Assembly: GCF_037042905.1 (NCBI RefSeq)
Contig: NC_087259.1
Coordinates: forward strand, 30,566,001 to 30,630,000
Length of the DNA stretch: 64,000 nt
Direction: 5' to 3'
From: Lytechinus pictus
Taxonomy: Eukaryota
The position numbers and the translations under genes are program-made. This document shows positions 61,361 to 64,000 of the stretch, in pieces (the stretch's first letter is position 1; the number at the start of each line of letters is the position of its first letter). A model generated the notes under the pieces. It did not search any database. It was given only the letters and a program-made list of their open reading frames with translations, and had not been told where the DNA came from.

Positions 61361-63773
61361 ATGTGGCGAAGCGTTCATCGTTATGCATCCCGTCTACAAC
61401 ATCATCTAACAACATCCCAGACGGTCCGATGTACAGGACCAAGACACTGCAGCCAGACCACTCAGAGTGGTGTTCCGTACGAGACAAACCTTTCTTCGGT
61501 AAGCACCACAGACAATGTAACAGCGCCATCATCAGCTGATGTGGTGATCATCGGCGGAGGGTCTGTTGGCTGTAGCACTCTCTATCATCTTGCTAAGCTT
61601 GGCATCACCAATACTGTCCTGATTGAGAAAGATCAGCTTACCGCAGGGACAACATGGCATACTGCAGGTAAGGCAACAGAATGTGGCTTAGGTCCCCTCC
61701 CCCTTCTCCCCTTCAGATCTTTGCAGACTGCACAACCAGTGGCGGATCCAGGGTGGCACATCCAGCCCGAGCCACCCCCCTTTTGAGTGTCATAGTCAAT
61801 ATTTTTAATGGGAATATGCAGTCGTTCATACACAAGTGAGGACCATTTTTTTCTTTCTTTTTGCTTGTTATATCAAATTTTTCTAGGAAAAATGTGGCCC
61901 CCCCCCCTTGGAAAATCCTGGGTCTGTCCCTTTGCACAACCTTGCTTCAATACACACACATTATTTCAACATAAGCCTTGATATCGGTTTTTGAGAAAGT
62001 TATTCTCTAAATTAATTAAAAATTTATGGGGAATTTTTTTTTCAAGGCTCCCTATTATTTTTAGGGGCCAAATGTGAGGTTGCGCTTAACAATTAGCTTT
62101 TTTAATTTTTACTTTTGTTAAATGGATCATTAACAATTAACTGTACGATCAATTGTATATTGGTCATATCAAGAACAATTAATATGAAATAATAGCTCTA
62201 GCATTCTGTTCTTTATTGATTGACAGGTCTGGTGTGGGGGCTCCGCCCTTCGGATACAGAAATAGAGCTTCTCTCTTACATGAGACATCTTGTTGGAAAT
62301 GTTCTGGAGGAAGAAACGGGTGTGGTCCCTGGTTGGATCAACAATGGTGGTCTCTTTGTTGCTTCCAATAAAGAAAGGCTTGATGAGTACAAGAGAATGG
62401 GCACGGTATGTGTTCTTGTGAATCTAACCCTGTAAAGTAACTATGCTTTTAAAGCCAATATGCCACAGCCACTTTGAACAGTGCCACATCAAGACCTAAA
62501 CTATACTCATGTAGTTCCTGGATCCTTACCCAGGATGCAACATTCTAATTTTGAAGTCAATGCTAATTAGAAACATTTTCCCACCCCTAAACCAACTCCT
62601 AGTTAATCTTGGGGGGAGGGGCAGAAGGAACAATTGACCCCTCTCCTCTTTTTTGAGGATGTCATGATAAATTTTCTTGTCTTCTATATGCATATGTTTA
62701 AAAATTGCTTTTAATCTTTTATCAATGGGTCAACTGGGGTCAATTAACCCCCCCCCCCTTTTTTTTTTTGGGGGGGGGTGGGGCTTGTGTTAAATCCTGG
62801 TTCTGCAGCTTGATGTCAGCTATATCCGGTTTCATATTGTAGGATGGTCAGGCTTTTGGGGTAGAGTCAAACAAATACTCTTGCCTGAAGATACAATAAA
62901 GCTACATTCTTATAATACAGCTTACATTTATTGTAGGGGTCAAGTTTTCCATGTTAACCCCCCACCTCCCCCTACTATAACCTGATTTCATATTGTAGGT
63001 TGGGAAAGCTTTTGGAGTAGAGTCACATATCCTGTCACCTGAAGAAACCAAGAAGCTGTATCCATTGATGAACTGTGATGATATCTATGGAACATTGTAC
63101 AGTCCTGGTGATGGGACCATAGACCCTGCTGGATTCTGTACTGCTCTTACTAGATCTGCTACCAAGGCTGGTGCAAAGGTAGATCAAAACATTGACTACT
63201 ACATTCCAGAATTTCCTTAAAGATATATAAACTGAATCTGAATAATGATAGAAATTGCCTCAAAGTGATATTGAAAGATTGTTTATAAATGGGTTGTTCT
63301 TAATACACCTGAGAAGTAATATTTGCTGTAAAGTGATGGAATTGTCAAAATGATAACAAATCGACTCAATTCTTTGAAATGTAAAATTACATTGTACACA
63401 GATGTAAGGGACTACACCATTGTCACCACTTGAACAGTTGCAGCTGTTCAATTTCTTATTTGAAGTGAATGTGAAGTTACTGGAAGAGCATTCCTTGGCA
63501 TTTAGCCATTTATACATGGCATTCTTTCTATATATGATTAGAATTTGAAGCTCACATTAATGATGTCCATCTTAACCCCAATAAGATTTGCACTGGATAT
63601 ACCTGTGAAATCTGTCACTGAAAACTAATGTCATTGTGTTTATTTTCAGGTTTTTACATCATGCCATGTGACTGGTATACAAACTGGTGAAGATGATTTT
63701 GGTATTCATAGAGTTCAAGCAGTAGAGACGTCAGGGGGTACCATTAAAACACCTGTTGTTATTAACTGCACAG
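61361..63773 (+). CDS. SARDH: Sarcosine dehydrogenase, mitochondrial (first four coding exons; gene continues past the window)
   Basis: Exons 61361-61667, 62227-62405, 62999-63178 and 63650-63773; Arg-rich presequence, GGGSVG FAD motif, [35 protein letters not shown] and DGTIDPAG. Confidence 0.92.
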
Positions 63774-64000
63774 GTAAGTGCTTCCCCCTATTATTATTAT
63801 TATTATGATAATTATTATTATTATTAATAATAATATCATTATTATCATTATTATTTTTATTATTATTTTTATTATTATCATTATTATTATTATTATTATT
63901 ATTGGTATCATTATTATCATCTTTATTATTGTTTTTGTAGTAGTAGTAGTAGTAGTAGTTTGATATCACCTTTGCCTTGGAGGTGAAAAAGGAACTTTGA

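Noticed and set aside
61361-63773. Dimethylglycine dehydrogenase (DMGDH)
   Set aside because: WHTAGL.W.LRPSD and GWI.NGGLF.AS are SARDH-type signatures.
63715-63969. Poly-Asn and poly-Ile ORFs (also 8053-8275 and 2226-2558)
   Set aside because: (ATT)n/(ATC)n microsatellites.

Overview
AT-rich, intron- and repeat-rich animal genomic DNA. The repeat families look echinoid (sea urchin), which is an inference. There are three host genes, all on the + strand. (1) An RNF26-like multi-TM RING E3 ligase has one main coding exon (23497-25011) and a probable first exon ending at 3051. (2) A 9-exon, 324-aa gene (30284-50068), almost invisible in the ORF track, encodes an SNX17/27/31-type FERM-like domain with an N-terminal MGGSQS myristoylation signal and no PX domain. 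(3) Sarcosine dehydrogenase (SARDH) begins at 61361 and continues past the window end. The RNF26 first intron holds an ~18.4 kb, apparently autonomous PIF/Harbinger transposon (3579-22016). It has TIRs, palindromic subterminal repeats, an intact 5-coding-exon DDE transposase (minus strand, 356 aa) and a convergent Myb/SANT-like gene whose middle is a run of frame-preserving phase-2 mini-exons, one of them recently triplicated. The element also carries an inverted decayed copy of its own transposase and nested MITEs. It sits inside an older inverted-repeat element and next to a perfect 70-bp palindrome. Elsewhere there are LINE fragments, many Harbinger-, hAT- and Kolobok-like MITEs, SINE pieces, a 36-bp palindromic minisatellite split by a transposon, and a (CTAT)n tract with an assembly gap. 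All gene models were spliced by eye and need RNA-seq confirmation.
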